Origin: an uncultured Thermoplasmata archaeon
GTDB taxonomy: Archaea > Thermoplasmatota > Thermoplasmata > Halarchaeoplasmatales > Halarchaeoplasmataceae
Direction: 5' to 3'
DNA: 50,942 bases
Assembly: GCA_964399335.1 (NCBI GenBank)
Contig: CAYNQI010000005.1
Coordinates: 1 to 50,942 of the forward strand
Each line of letters begins with the position of its first letter. The first letter of the stretch is position 1. Below, piece by piece: positions 27,994-35,968 of the stretch. Under the pieces are notes generated by a model, which saw nothing but the letters and a program-made list of their open reading frames with translations, had not been told where the DNA came from and searched no databases. The position numbers and the translations under genes are program-made.

Positions 27994-28437
27994 GTGACAA
28001 CCATCAAAATAAAATTAAGGAAAACCCTTGATGAGATTGATAAAAAAGAGATTATAGATCATATATCCAAAGAATTCGGTTCTATTGAACGGTTAGAACA
28101 AAAAGTGTCTAGAACTGGTTGTAGAGAACCAAAACTAGTAGATAAATTAATGATCCTCAAATATCTTAGAGAAGGTGCAGAATATAAAACAGAAAGGATT
28201 TTATCTTCAGCCAAACCCCTTTCTGTGATAACTCATAGAAGAGTTTCTTTAATGGAGCATCTTTCAAAAGAAAAGGTAAGATCTATTCGGGACTTAGCGG
28301 ATGAATTGAACAGAGATTATAAGAATGTTTATGATGATGTAAATGTTCTTTTTGAAAATGGATTACTAGACTTGGAAAAAGATGGTAAAAGGAGAGTTCC
28401 AACTCTAAATGCAGATAACATATTGATAGAATTTTGA
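27994..28437 (+). CDS. HVO_A0114-like winged-HTH protein, candidate antitoxin/regulator
   Basis: SIRDLADELNRDYKNVYDDV..L...GL.....G....P....D.I.IEF. GTG start. Confidence 0.75.
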   Translation: MTTIKIKLRKTLDEIDKKEIIDHISKEFGSIERLEQKVSRTGCREPKLVDKLMILKYLREGAEYKTERILSSAKPLSVITHRRVSLMEHLSKEKVRSIRDLADELNRDYKNVYDDVNVLFENGLLDLEKDGKRRVPTLNADNILIEF

Positions 28438-28448
28438 AAAATCATGAT

Positions 28449-28517
28449 TTACATTTACTAATTATACCATATAAACATCTACATATACTGGCTATTACAT
28501 TTATATTTTATACCATA
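28449..28517. repeat. Two 23-bp direct repeats (TTACATTTA-N4-TTATACCATA), period 46 bp
   Basis: 28449-28471 and 28495-28517, identical at 19 of 23 positions. Confidence 0.75.
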
Positions 28518-28540
28518 GTATTATTTAGCATTATTATATC

Positions 28541-28555
28541 GAAACCTTTTTAAAT
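28541..28555 (+). promoter_or_regulatory. BRE-TATA promoter of the 28589-35303 operon
   Basis: GAAACC-TTTTTAAAT, about 35-45 nt upstream of the TTG at 28589. Confidence 0.55.
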
Positions 28556-28588
28556 GATTATGTACTCTACATATCCGGTGTATCCTCT

Positions 28589-29110
28589 TTGAAGGCTCAA
28601 AAGGTCGATGATGTTAAGTTCGAAATAGAAAATCATCATACTGATTTAAAATTTGATATATTGAAAAAAGAAGGTGGATTATTTTTATCTTTATCTAATT
28701 TGTTCTTTAGAAGTGATGAGAAATGGTATGAGATACCTTTAGAAAAATTAGAGAAGATCGAGATTATTCAAAAAAACCCTCCAAGGTTGGAATTTAGAAT
28801 CCCCTCAATGAAGATCACGGTTATGGGTAGTTATGCTGAGAAATTATTGGCCCTAAGACATCTTCTTTTACCTTATATTAATGAAGAAAGTGAAAAAGAA
28901 GAACCCTTGTTAGCCGTTTTAAAATTATGGGGTCTTGGTATCAATGATATTAAAGCGATCTCTGATTTAATAGGGTACGATGAATCTAAAATAGAAGAAT
29001 TAGTTGAAGAGGCTAATGATAAAGATCTTATTAAAAATAACGTAATTACCGAAAAAGGTAAAAAAGCACTAGAAGATGATGGAGATTTTTTGAAAGCATT
29101 GGAGGTATGA
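28589..29110 (+). CDS. Hypothetical protein: PH-like N-terminal domain plus C-terminal winged HTH
   Basis: Beta-rich N-half (WYEIPLEKLEKIEI...LEFRI) and a wHTH-like C-half (IKAISDLIG...LI....ITEKGK). TTG start. Confidence 0.55.
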   Translation: MKAQKVDDVKFEIENHHTDLKFDILKKEGGLFLSLSNLFFRSDEKWYEIPLEKLEKIEIIQKNPPRLEFRIPSMKITVMGSYAEKLLALRHLLLPYINEESEKEEPLLAVLKLWGLGINDIKAISDLIGYDESKIEELVEEANDKDLIKNNVITEKGKKALEDDGDFLKALEV

Positions 29111-29114
29111 CAAG

Positions 29115-29990
29115 GTGAATAAAAAAGGCGGATTGGCAAAGAAGATGGCCTCATTAGGTAAACTAACTAAATTGGAATCCGCAATTAATGCAGCTATTGA
29201 GTCATCTAAAGTTCCTGAATATGAAACAAGGAAATTGCTAAAAGCTAGAACATCGAGTCAGGCTAAAAATACTGCTGTTTTTCAATTTATGAGAAATTTG
29301 TTCTCCGAGATAGGTTTAGGAGTATTAACCCTAAAGAAAAAAGATAATTTTAAGATCGTTCTTGTGATAAAAGATAATAAGATTAAAAACCTATATCCCG
29401 ATGTAAAAGACAAGAAAACCTGTTACATAATTTCAGATGCCTTAACTGACTTTTTCACAGAGGATTTGTGTATCCCTGCTGATGTTAATGAAGTTACATG
29501 TACAAATGCAGGAGATGATGTTTGTACTTTTAAAGTAGATCTTCAACCTTTAGCGGTATATAAGATTGCACTTGATGAAATTGATAATAAGATAATCGAT
29601 GAAGTAGTCAAAAATAATACATCAAATGAAATATCAGAAAACCTAAATATTCCTGAAGAAAAAATTGAATATAGACTTGATATATTAAAATCATATCATA
29701 TCCTTAATACTGATTTATCATTGACTAAAATTGGGCAGACATACCATAAATATGGTCAAAGTGTAGTAAGTGACATATCTGATCAAAAAGAGCCTCCTTG
29801 GAAAACTATGTCCGAGATCTCTCAGGTGATCGCCGATTCGGATTCTTTAGCTGAAGCAATTAGTAGTAGTGTATCGGATGAAGAAGAGGAGATAGAATCA
29901 TCTGAAGTAGTAAATCTAGCTAGCGAGGCAGAAAAAAGTAAGAGTTTCGCTCAATTAGTTTCAAAACAACTTAAAAAAAATGAAAAATAG
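29115..29990 (+). CDS. V4R-domain protein with a C-terminal winged HTH and acidic tail
   Basis: Classic V4R signature C(YII)...EVTC.NAGDDVCTFKV, followed by SNEISENLNI...IEYRLDIL....L.LTKIG. Confidence 0.75.
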   Translation: MNKKGGLAKKMASLGKLTKLESAINAAIESSKVPEYETRKLLKARTSSQAKNTAVFQFMRNLFSEIGLGVLTLKKKDNFKIVLVIKDNKIKNLYPDVKDKKTCYIISDALTDFFTEDLCIPADVNEVTCTNAGDDVCTFKVDLQPLAVYKIALDEIDNKIIDEVVKNNTSNEISENLNIPEEKIEYRLDILKSYHILNTDLSLTKIGQTYHKYGQSVVSDISDQKEPPWKTMSEISQVIADSDSLAEAISSSVSDEEEEIESSEVVNLASEAEKSKSFAQLVSKQLKKNEK

Positions 29991-30013
29991 TAAAAATATA
30001 AAAAAATATCAAG

Positions 30014-30895
30014 GTGAAAAAAATGGTCAATAGAATAGAAACCGGATTATATGGAGTTGACCAGCTTGTGGAAGGTGGTCTGATTGAAAATTCCGCTATA
30101 ACTGTGGTAGGAGCAAGTGGTACTGGTAAAACAACTTTTGCGGTACAATTTGTTATGAAAGGAATTGAAAAAGGTGAACAGGCACTTTTTGTAACACTTG
30201 AAGAATCCCCAGAACAGATAATGGATGAAGCAGAGATGATGGGCTGGGATATGAGAAAGTATCATGAAGAATCTCTATTCTTTATACATTTGAGTGGACA
30301 AAACTTTAGAGAGATGATAGAGGAACAACTTCCAAAATTAGTTCAGGCTAGGAAAGATTATGACATCAAAACTAGAGTCGCTATAGATCCGTTAACGCCA
30401 GTAATTTGGTCTACAAAAGATAGATTAGAACAAAGAGAATTGATTGAAAAATTGTTTAGGCCTTTAAAAGAACTTGGAACGGTTATGGCTACTGTAGAAG
30501 AACATTCCAAACCTGGAGAGATTATCGGATCGGATGTTCTTTTACCGATATATCTATCGGACGGTGTGTTCCATTTAGAGTATTATCCTGTTGGAGGTGC
30601 CTTTAATAGAACCTTTAAAATAGTTAAAATGAGAGGTACCAATCATGGTGAAGGATTATACCCTTATGTGTTTGTTAGAGGGGCCGGTGTTATTGTTAGG
30701 TCTTCACCAGTAGAGATGACGGAAGATAAAAAAGAAAGTTATGATGAATCCTTTGATGATGCCTTACAAACTGCCCAACATAGAGACCTGCCCGATACGG
30801 TTATCGATAAGGTAAAAACAATGAAAGAACAATGGAACTATGACTATCCCCCAGATGAGATATTAGATATCATGCTTTCCTCTTATAAAAAATAA
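30014..30895 (+). CDS. KaiC-like / RAD55 family ATPase (single domain, C-terminal extension)
   Basis: TGLYGVDQLVEGG, Walker A GASGTGKT, VTLEE, AIDP, IVKMRGT.H. Confidence 0.9.
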   Translation: MKKMVNRIETGLYGVDQLVEGGLIENSAITVVGASGTGKTTFAVQFVMKGIEKGEQALFVTLEESPEQIMDEAEMMGWDMRKYHEESLFFIHLSGQNFREMIEEQLPKLVQARKDYDIKTRVAIDPLTPVIWSTKDRLEQRELIEKLFRPLKELGTVMATVEEHSKPGEIIGSDVLLPIYLSDGVFHLEYYPVGGAFNRTFKIVKMRGTNHGEGLYPYVFVRGAGVIVRSSPVEMTEDKKESYDESFDDALQTAQHRDLPDTVIDKVKTMKEQWNYDYPPDEILDIMLSSYKK

Positions 30896-30950
30896 TGAGT
30901 TGATTACAGTGTGTCCCCCACCTGGTAATAAGAAACGATTGGATAGAAGG

Positions 30951-31712
30951 ATGGAGGCAGAAAATGTCTCCCAACTAAAATACATGCTTGAGATGGAACT
31001 AAGTAATCTTCGCGAAAGTGCAGAAATAGATTTAACTTTATTTATTGGTGTAGGTGGTAGGATTTTCGCCACATCAATACCTGAAGATCTTAATCCCGAT
31101 CAGTATCGATTATTAAGTACTTTTAAAGGTAATCTATCTAATCTTTGCAGTAAATTGAAAGGTGAGAATCTAGAAGTTTCAATAGAACGATGGAAATCTG
31201 GTATGGCAATAGTTTCTGCGGTTGGCGACAATTCATTTCTTGCATCTCTACTCACGAAAAAATCTGAGATACGTGAGATGGGTAATAAGTTAGATGAGGT
31301 TGTTAAAGCATCTACTGTTTTAAAACATATATTTGAACAGAAGAGCTTTAATGATGAAGAAATAAAAAAATACCCGGAGGAAGTTCAAGAAGAACTAAAT
31401 CGTTTATCACGTCAGCTTTTTGTTGAACGTTTTACTCATACTAAGAGTTATAAGAAAAATGAGGAAATCTTAGAATTCATGAAGGGAAAAATTAAGGGTG
31501 CTATCGGTGTAGGTCAACTTGATCAAATCGTCTCGGTAACATTCAATGAGATGGGAACTTCTGCCCCTTATATGGAAGATGATATGTGGTACGATTTCTT
31601 AGAAAAAGTAGTTGATGATCATTTGCGTTCTATAGTAGGAGATATCCAGGCTGAACAATATAAAAAACAATGGAAAAAAGAATTAGAAAAGAAGCTAAAA
31701 AGCATCTTATAA
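30951..31712 (+). CDS. Roadblock/LC7 (MglB/profilin-like) domain protein with a helical C-terminal extension
   Basis: ELSNLRESAEI..TLFIGVGGRIFATSIP...VSIER..SG.AIVSAVGDNSFLASL fits the roadblock alpha-beta pattern. Start moved to ATG 30951. Confidence 0.6.
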   Translation: MEAENVSQLKYMLEMELSNLRESAEIDLTLFIGVGGRIFATSIPEDLNPDQYRLLSTFKGNLSNLCSKLKGENLEVSIERWKSGMAIVSAVGDNSFLASLLTKKSEIREMGNKLDEVVKASTVLKHIFEQKSFNDEEIKKYPEEVQEELNRLSRQLFVERFTHTKSYKKNEEILEFMKGKIKGAIGVGQLDQIVSVTFNEMGTSAPYMEDDMWYDFLEKVVDDHLRSIVGDIQAEQYKKQWKKELEKKLKSIL

Positions 31713-31731
31713 TTAAAGGTTTAAAATATAT

Positions 31732-33474
31732 ATGTCTAATAATAATACTTTCGAAAAAGGGGATAATCGACCCATTAAAGGACAAACAGATTCAGATAGG
31801 ATCGGTGGAGAGATAATTAATACTTTAGAAACTATTGAAAGTGATTATAGTCGTTTCAAAGATACCATCAACAATCTAAAAAATAACCTCCAGAATTTTA
31901 TGGAAAATACATCCTATGAACTGGGTGAGGTTAAGCAAAAGACTGAACAAAAAGCTGAGAAGCAACTTGTAGAAGAAAAGGTAGAAGACGTAGAGGAAGA
32001 TATATTCGATGTTGATGAGCGCTTAAATGAAGTCATGCGAGAGGTAGGTTTTGGTGAAGAGATAGAAGTTTCCAATATTCCACCAATACTTCTTGAAGAT
32101 ATTTATCAAAAAATTTTGGATGATTTAGTCCATGAGTTAAGAGAAAATCTTGGTAACCATGAAGCAAATCAGATAATTCAAAAAGAACTAGAAAATATGA
32201 GGATGCGAACTAGTGGAAGTGAACTATTTCAATATGATAGTCGAGATATTAACATCCGAAATCTAGTTACTAGCATAGAAAATAATCTTATATCACCAAA
32301 ACAGATACACAGTACCTTCCTAGAACTAGTACAAAAGCTGAGCGAAAAGATGCCCAATTATAAGCCAAGAAATTTTAGGGCCATGGTTAACGCAGAAGGA
32401 TTAGAATTCGTTATTAAGAAGACAACTTACTTACTTAATAAGACTTCCAATATAGAAGATAATTTACTAGAAGTAACGAAAAATGTTGAAAAATTAGGAA
32501 CAGATCTAGATTCTAAATTTTCTCATTTTAATTCAAGGCTATCAGATATCGAGGAAAAAATTGAAGAAGAGATTACCAACCAATATACTGATTTAGACTA
32601 TAGACTTTCTGAAATGGAAGAAATGTTAGATGAATTTAATTTTAATCAAATAACTGAGGGTTTTGAAGAGATAAGAGATAAAAATGAACAGATGGAAGAG
32701 ATGATAAAAAATAAAACATCTGATTTAGAAATGAATTTATCTATTGTTCAGGATGACATTGAAAATCTTAAAAAAGATATGGTTGACGAACCAATGACTG
32801 AGGATGAAAGATTCGTCTTTTATGCAATACCTGATGATGGGGCCACCTTTAACAAGCTCGAGAAAGAAATTGGGAAAGAAGTAGACGATATCCAATCAAA
32901 GTTAGACAGTTTATTAGAGAAAGGGAAAGTAAAAGATGAAAAAAGAGGACGATGGACCGTATATGTTAGGTCCGAAGAAGGATCATCTGAAGAAGAGATA
33001 CAGCAAGATGAAGAAGAAATTTTAGAAGAATCTGAACAAGATGATCAAGAATTGAGAGATTCTGAGGAAGCGGATGAAGAACCTATAGAAGAAATCACCA
33101 AGGAAGATTTTTCAGGTATAATATTTGATGAAGCTTTTACGAAAGTAACTGAAGAAAAGAGTGTAGATGAAGGATTAGAAGAGGAATCTGATGAATTAGA
33201 AGAGGAATCTGATGAATTAGAAGAGGAAATTGAAGGATTAGAAGAGGAATCTGATGAATTAGAAGAGGAATCTGATCTTACTGAATCGGAGAAACTTATT
33301 ATAGATGAGATAACTGAAGATGGATGTACTATTCATCATTTAGATAAACAATTTGAGGATTTAGATAAATCTGATATTGAAGAAATTTTAGAAAAACTTA
33401 TAGAAAAAAAAGAAGTATCCACAACAAAACGTAATAGGTGGACTATTTACTTAAAACAAAAGGAGGTAGAATAA
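31732..33474 (+). CDS. Coiled-coil protein with two C-terminal winged-HTH domains separated by an acidic linker
   Basis: Two similar modules: MTEDERFVF...G.TF..L...L.SLLEKGKV....RGRWTVYV and LTESEKLII...G.TI..L...LEKLIEKKEV....RNRWTIYL. Confidence 0.7.
   Translation: MSNNNTFEKGDNRPIKGQTDSDRIGGEIINTLETIESDYSRFKDTINNLKNNLQNFMENTSYELGEVKQKTEQKAEKQLVEEKVEDVEEDIFDVDERLNEVMREVGFGEEIEVSNIPPILLEDIYQKILDDLVHELRENLGNHEANQIIQKELENMRMRTSGSELFQYDSRDINIRNLVTSIENNLISPKQIHSTFLELVQKLSEKMPNYKPRNFRAMVNAEGLEFVIKKTTYLLNKTSNIEDNLLEVTKNVEKLGTDLDSKFSHFNSRLSDIEEKIEEEITNQYTDLDYRLSEMEEMLDEFNFNQITEGFEEIRDKNEQMEEMIKNKTSDLEMNLSIVQDDIENLKKDMVDEPMTEDERFVFYAIPDDGATFNKLEKEIGKEVDDIQSKLDSLLEKGKVKDEKRGRWTVYVRSEEGSSEEEIQQDEEEILEESEQDDQELRDSEEADEEPIEEITKEDFSGIIFDEAFTKVTEEKSVDEGLEEESDELEEESDELEEEIEGLEEESDELEEESDLTESEKLIIDEITEDGCTIHHLDKQFEDLDKSDIEEILEKLIEKKEVSTTKRNRWTIYLKQKEVE
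33175..33279 (+). repeat. In-frame 21-bp tandem repeat (about 5 units) encoding LEEESDE heptads
   Basis: TTAGAAGAGGAATCTGATGAA exact in units 1, 2 and 4; unit 3 is variant and unit 5 ends CTT. Confidence 0.9.
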
Positions 33475-33475
33475 A

Positions 33476-34105
33476 GTGTTAGATGTAGCTTTAGTGTCTT
33501 TGATAAAAAATATGAGCGAAAAAGCTGGTATTGAAGGAGCAATTCAATACTGGTCAAGAGTAGGAGAAAACCTAGCCAAAAGGATCGGTGAAGAAGCCTA
33601 TATGGGCTGGCCTTCTTTCAACGTTGCGTTAAAGGAAGGGAGAACAGCGTTTTCTATAGAGGGCGATGTCACTGCATTGACAGACCTGGCAATAACTGAT
33701 GTAGATGGTGATGTTGTAGGTTACATATATGCGTTAAAAGAGTGTGTTTTTACACCTACAATTAAACGAATAAGATACAGTGTAGGAGAGATTCCAGACG
33801 CAGACAGAGCAGTAGCTGAGGAATACAACAACACTGTTCAAAATACTGCGACTTGTAATTTCTGTGTTATCCATCAGAAATTCAGATCCGAAGTATCGAA
33901 GAACATAACTGTTGAGAACCAGCCTTTGGAATGTGTTCAACTGGCAAACCGTGGATTTAGAGGAGATACAAAGATAAACAGAGTAAGCTTAGATCGTATA
34001 GGTATTAATCCAGAGTACGTCAGAAGTCTTTTGAGAAATTATGCCTGTGTATATGGTATACTAATGAAAGGAGCTAGACTCCGAGGTAGCGAGGAGGATG
34101 AATAA
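33476..34105 (+). CDS. Divergent V4R-superfamily protein (paralog A)
   Basis: Shares Cys/His motifs with the next gene (ECVF, VAEEYNNTV, CVIHQKFR, RNYACVY). GTG start. Confidence 0.55.
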   Translation: MLDVALVSLIKNMSEKAGIEGAIQYWSRVGENLAKRIGEEAYMGWPSFNVALKEGRTAFSIEGDVTALTDLAITDVDGDVVGYIYALKECVFTPTIKRIRYSVGEIPDADRAVAEEYNNTVQNTATCNFCVIHQKFRSEVSKNITVENQPLECVQLANRGFRGDTKINRVSLDRIGINPEYVRSLLRNYACVYGILMKGARLRGSEEDE

Positions 34106-34107
34106 AT

Positions 34108-34740
34108 ATGAAAGAAGATCTATATGATGACCAATATAAAGCGAAGTTAGGAAGACACAATCCATTTGTTGATGTAGCAGCATATCTTTTCTTGGAAGAC
34201 ATAGGAGATAAACAGGGTGCAGCCGGTATGAACAATTATTTGATGAGCCTCGCAACATCTTTAGCTAAAAGCATGCCTAAAGAGGAATACAGTAGTTGGG
34301 ATGATTTCATGGAAAGCTTACTGAAAGGCGAATCTATAATATCAGCCTTTGAGGACGTACATTGCCCCACTGAGAATTGCGTCGTCACCGAAACTTGTCC
34401 TTTTACTGAAGGTTGGCAAGAGTATACTAAAAGAATCGGTGAATTTGCAGATATCCATAAAGAGGTTGCAGAGTATTACAACTCTACTGTGAAACCAGGG
34501 GCGGTAGATTCACAATGTATTATACATCAGACATTTAGAAAAGCAGCTGCACAGAGGATTAAGGTTGCAGGCAAAACTGTAAAATATGCTCAGATAGAGG
34601 CTGTTACCCCTAATGCTGATGAAAAACGAGCACCCAATGAATGGTTACCGATATTACTAGATAAAGCAGATGTTACTGAAACTGAATTGAATATGACTAT
34701 GCGGAACAATGACTGTGTTTGGATATTATATGCTGAATAA
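34108..34740 (+). CDS. Divergent V4R-superfamily protein (paralog B)
   Basis: TCPF, VAEYYNSTV, CIIHQTFR, RNNDCVW. Confidence 0.55.
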   Translation: MKEDLYDDQYKAKLGRHNPFVDVAAYLFLEDIGDKQGAAGMNNYLMSLATSLAKSMPKEEYSSWDDFMESLLKGESIISAFEDVHCPTENCVVTETCPFTEGWQEYTKRIGEFADIHKEVAEYYNSTVKPGAVDSQCIIHQTFRKAAAQRIKVAGKTVKYAQIEAVTPNADEKRAPNEWLPILLDKADVTETELNMTMRNNDCVWILYAE

Positions 34741-34754
34741 GATATAAAAGATGG

Positions 34755-35303
34755 TTGTTTAACTTGGAAGTCCTGAGAACCCACAGGAATAGAAATTATA
34801 TCCAGCTTACGGAACCTGAAGACGTAGATAGGTTCGTAATAGATGAAATAGGGGGAGCAAGTTTTTCCCTTCTTTATGATCTAGGGATCCAGGATTACAA
34901 TAAAACCTTTAAAACATGGTTAAGGAAGTTCCCAAGACCTATATTTATAATATGCGCAGAAAACAGAGAGATAATAGGCTGGGTATATGGAGAGGAATGG
35001 ACAGAATCTGCTTTAGATGGTGAACCGGTATATGTATTGAGAACAATAGAAACAGCTATTGGAGATAGAGGTGCAGGTATAGGTTATAGATTATTAATCC
35101 TTATGGCATTAGAAACTCCTGGATATTTGATAACAAAGCCGATCAATGAAAGAGCTAGAAAATTTTTTTTAAGGAATAAGTTTTTGGATAAAGATACTAT
35201 GGATAATCCTTCCATAGATCTACAAAGTTACCCTGGATACTTGATATTACCACCATATAGAAAACGTAAATTGATCGATGATGAGGATCAGTATTTTGAT
35301 TAA
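34755..35303 (+). CDS. GNAT-family N-acetyltransferase
   Basis: Acetyl-CoA motif A (IET...DRGAGIGYRL) and N..A.KFF (PINERARKFF). TTG start. Confidence 0.78.
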   Translation: MFNLEVLRTHRNRNYIQLTEPEDVDRFVIDEIGGASFSLLYDLGIQDYNKTFKTWLRKFPRPIFIICAENREIIGWVYGEEWTESALDGEPVYVLRTIETAIGDRGAGIGYRLLILMALETPGYLITKPINERARKFFLRNKFLDKDTMDNPSIDLQSYPGYLILPPYRKRKLIDDEDQYFD

Positions 35304-35305
35304 TT

Positions 35306-35815
35306 CTAATATTTTATATGATACTCACAAACTCCTTCTTCAGAATTTTGTATTATTATTGAACCATGTTTATTAGTACTCTCGAGTATACCTTCAAGGA
35401 TTCCTTTAAATGTAAGACATATTAACTCGTCATTTTCTGGTTTTTTTAAATGCACTTCGATGTTTCCTTCAGTACCTGTCACTATAAGTTCTCCAAAGTC
35501 ATAGATTTCTTCATATTCCTCTTCAATTTTTTTAGTAATTTTAAAAGGGGTATCATGTCTTACAATCCAAGAAAGATGACCTAAATTGCCTATCAAATAC
35601 TTACCGGCCACTTCAATATATTTCTCTCCTTTGTTTTTTTTGATCCAATTTAGAATGGATACCTTAATCTTGTGAGGATAGTATTTTCCATCTTTTATTT
35701 TATCATTGATACCTATTTCTTTAAGACACTCTTCTTTTCCAAATCTTCCCCATTTCATTTTGATGAAAGATAAATAACTATTGATTACACAACCACGTAT
35801 TTTTCTTTTATCCAT
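35306..35815 (-). CDS. H-NOX/V4R-like hypothetical protein
   Basis: IRG.VI.SYL.FI...WG..G, YYP, AG.Y....LG, C..FKGILEG.L, CEYHI.Y resemble the heme-NO-binding/4VR-type fold. Strongly Lys-rich. Confidence 0.55.
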   Translation of the reverse strand: MDKRKIRGCVINSYLSFIKMKWGRFGKEECLKEIGINDKIKDGKYYPHKIKVSILNWIKKNKGEKYIEVAGKYLIGNLGHLSWIVRHDTPFKITKKIEEEYEEIYDFGELIVTGTEGNIEVHLKKPENDELICLTFKGILEGILESTNKHGSIIIQNSEEGVCEYHIKY

Positions 35816-35968
35816 TATAAATAAATTATTTACGAAATGAATATATTAAACTTTGGTATGTTTACTAAAAATATTTTAGAGTTTAATGAACTTTTATGGT
35901 GTAATCATATGTATCGATGCGAAAGTTTAATTTATTTAATTGTAATAACCCTTAACGGTGGACGAAAT

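Noticed and set aside
30014-30895. Circadian KaiABC clock interpretation
   Set aside because: Single-domain KaiC-like protein, no KaiA/KaiB in the window, and no recognisable KaiC Ser-Thr phosphosite pair.
35837-35968. N-terminal extension of pepF (likewise the ORF-track extensions at 14899, 15829, 17598, 18439, 19620, 24563, 30900 and 50032)
   Set aside because: These run through promoter or intergenic DNA. Downstream ATGs with SD or family-typical N-termini fit better.
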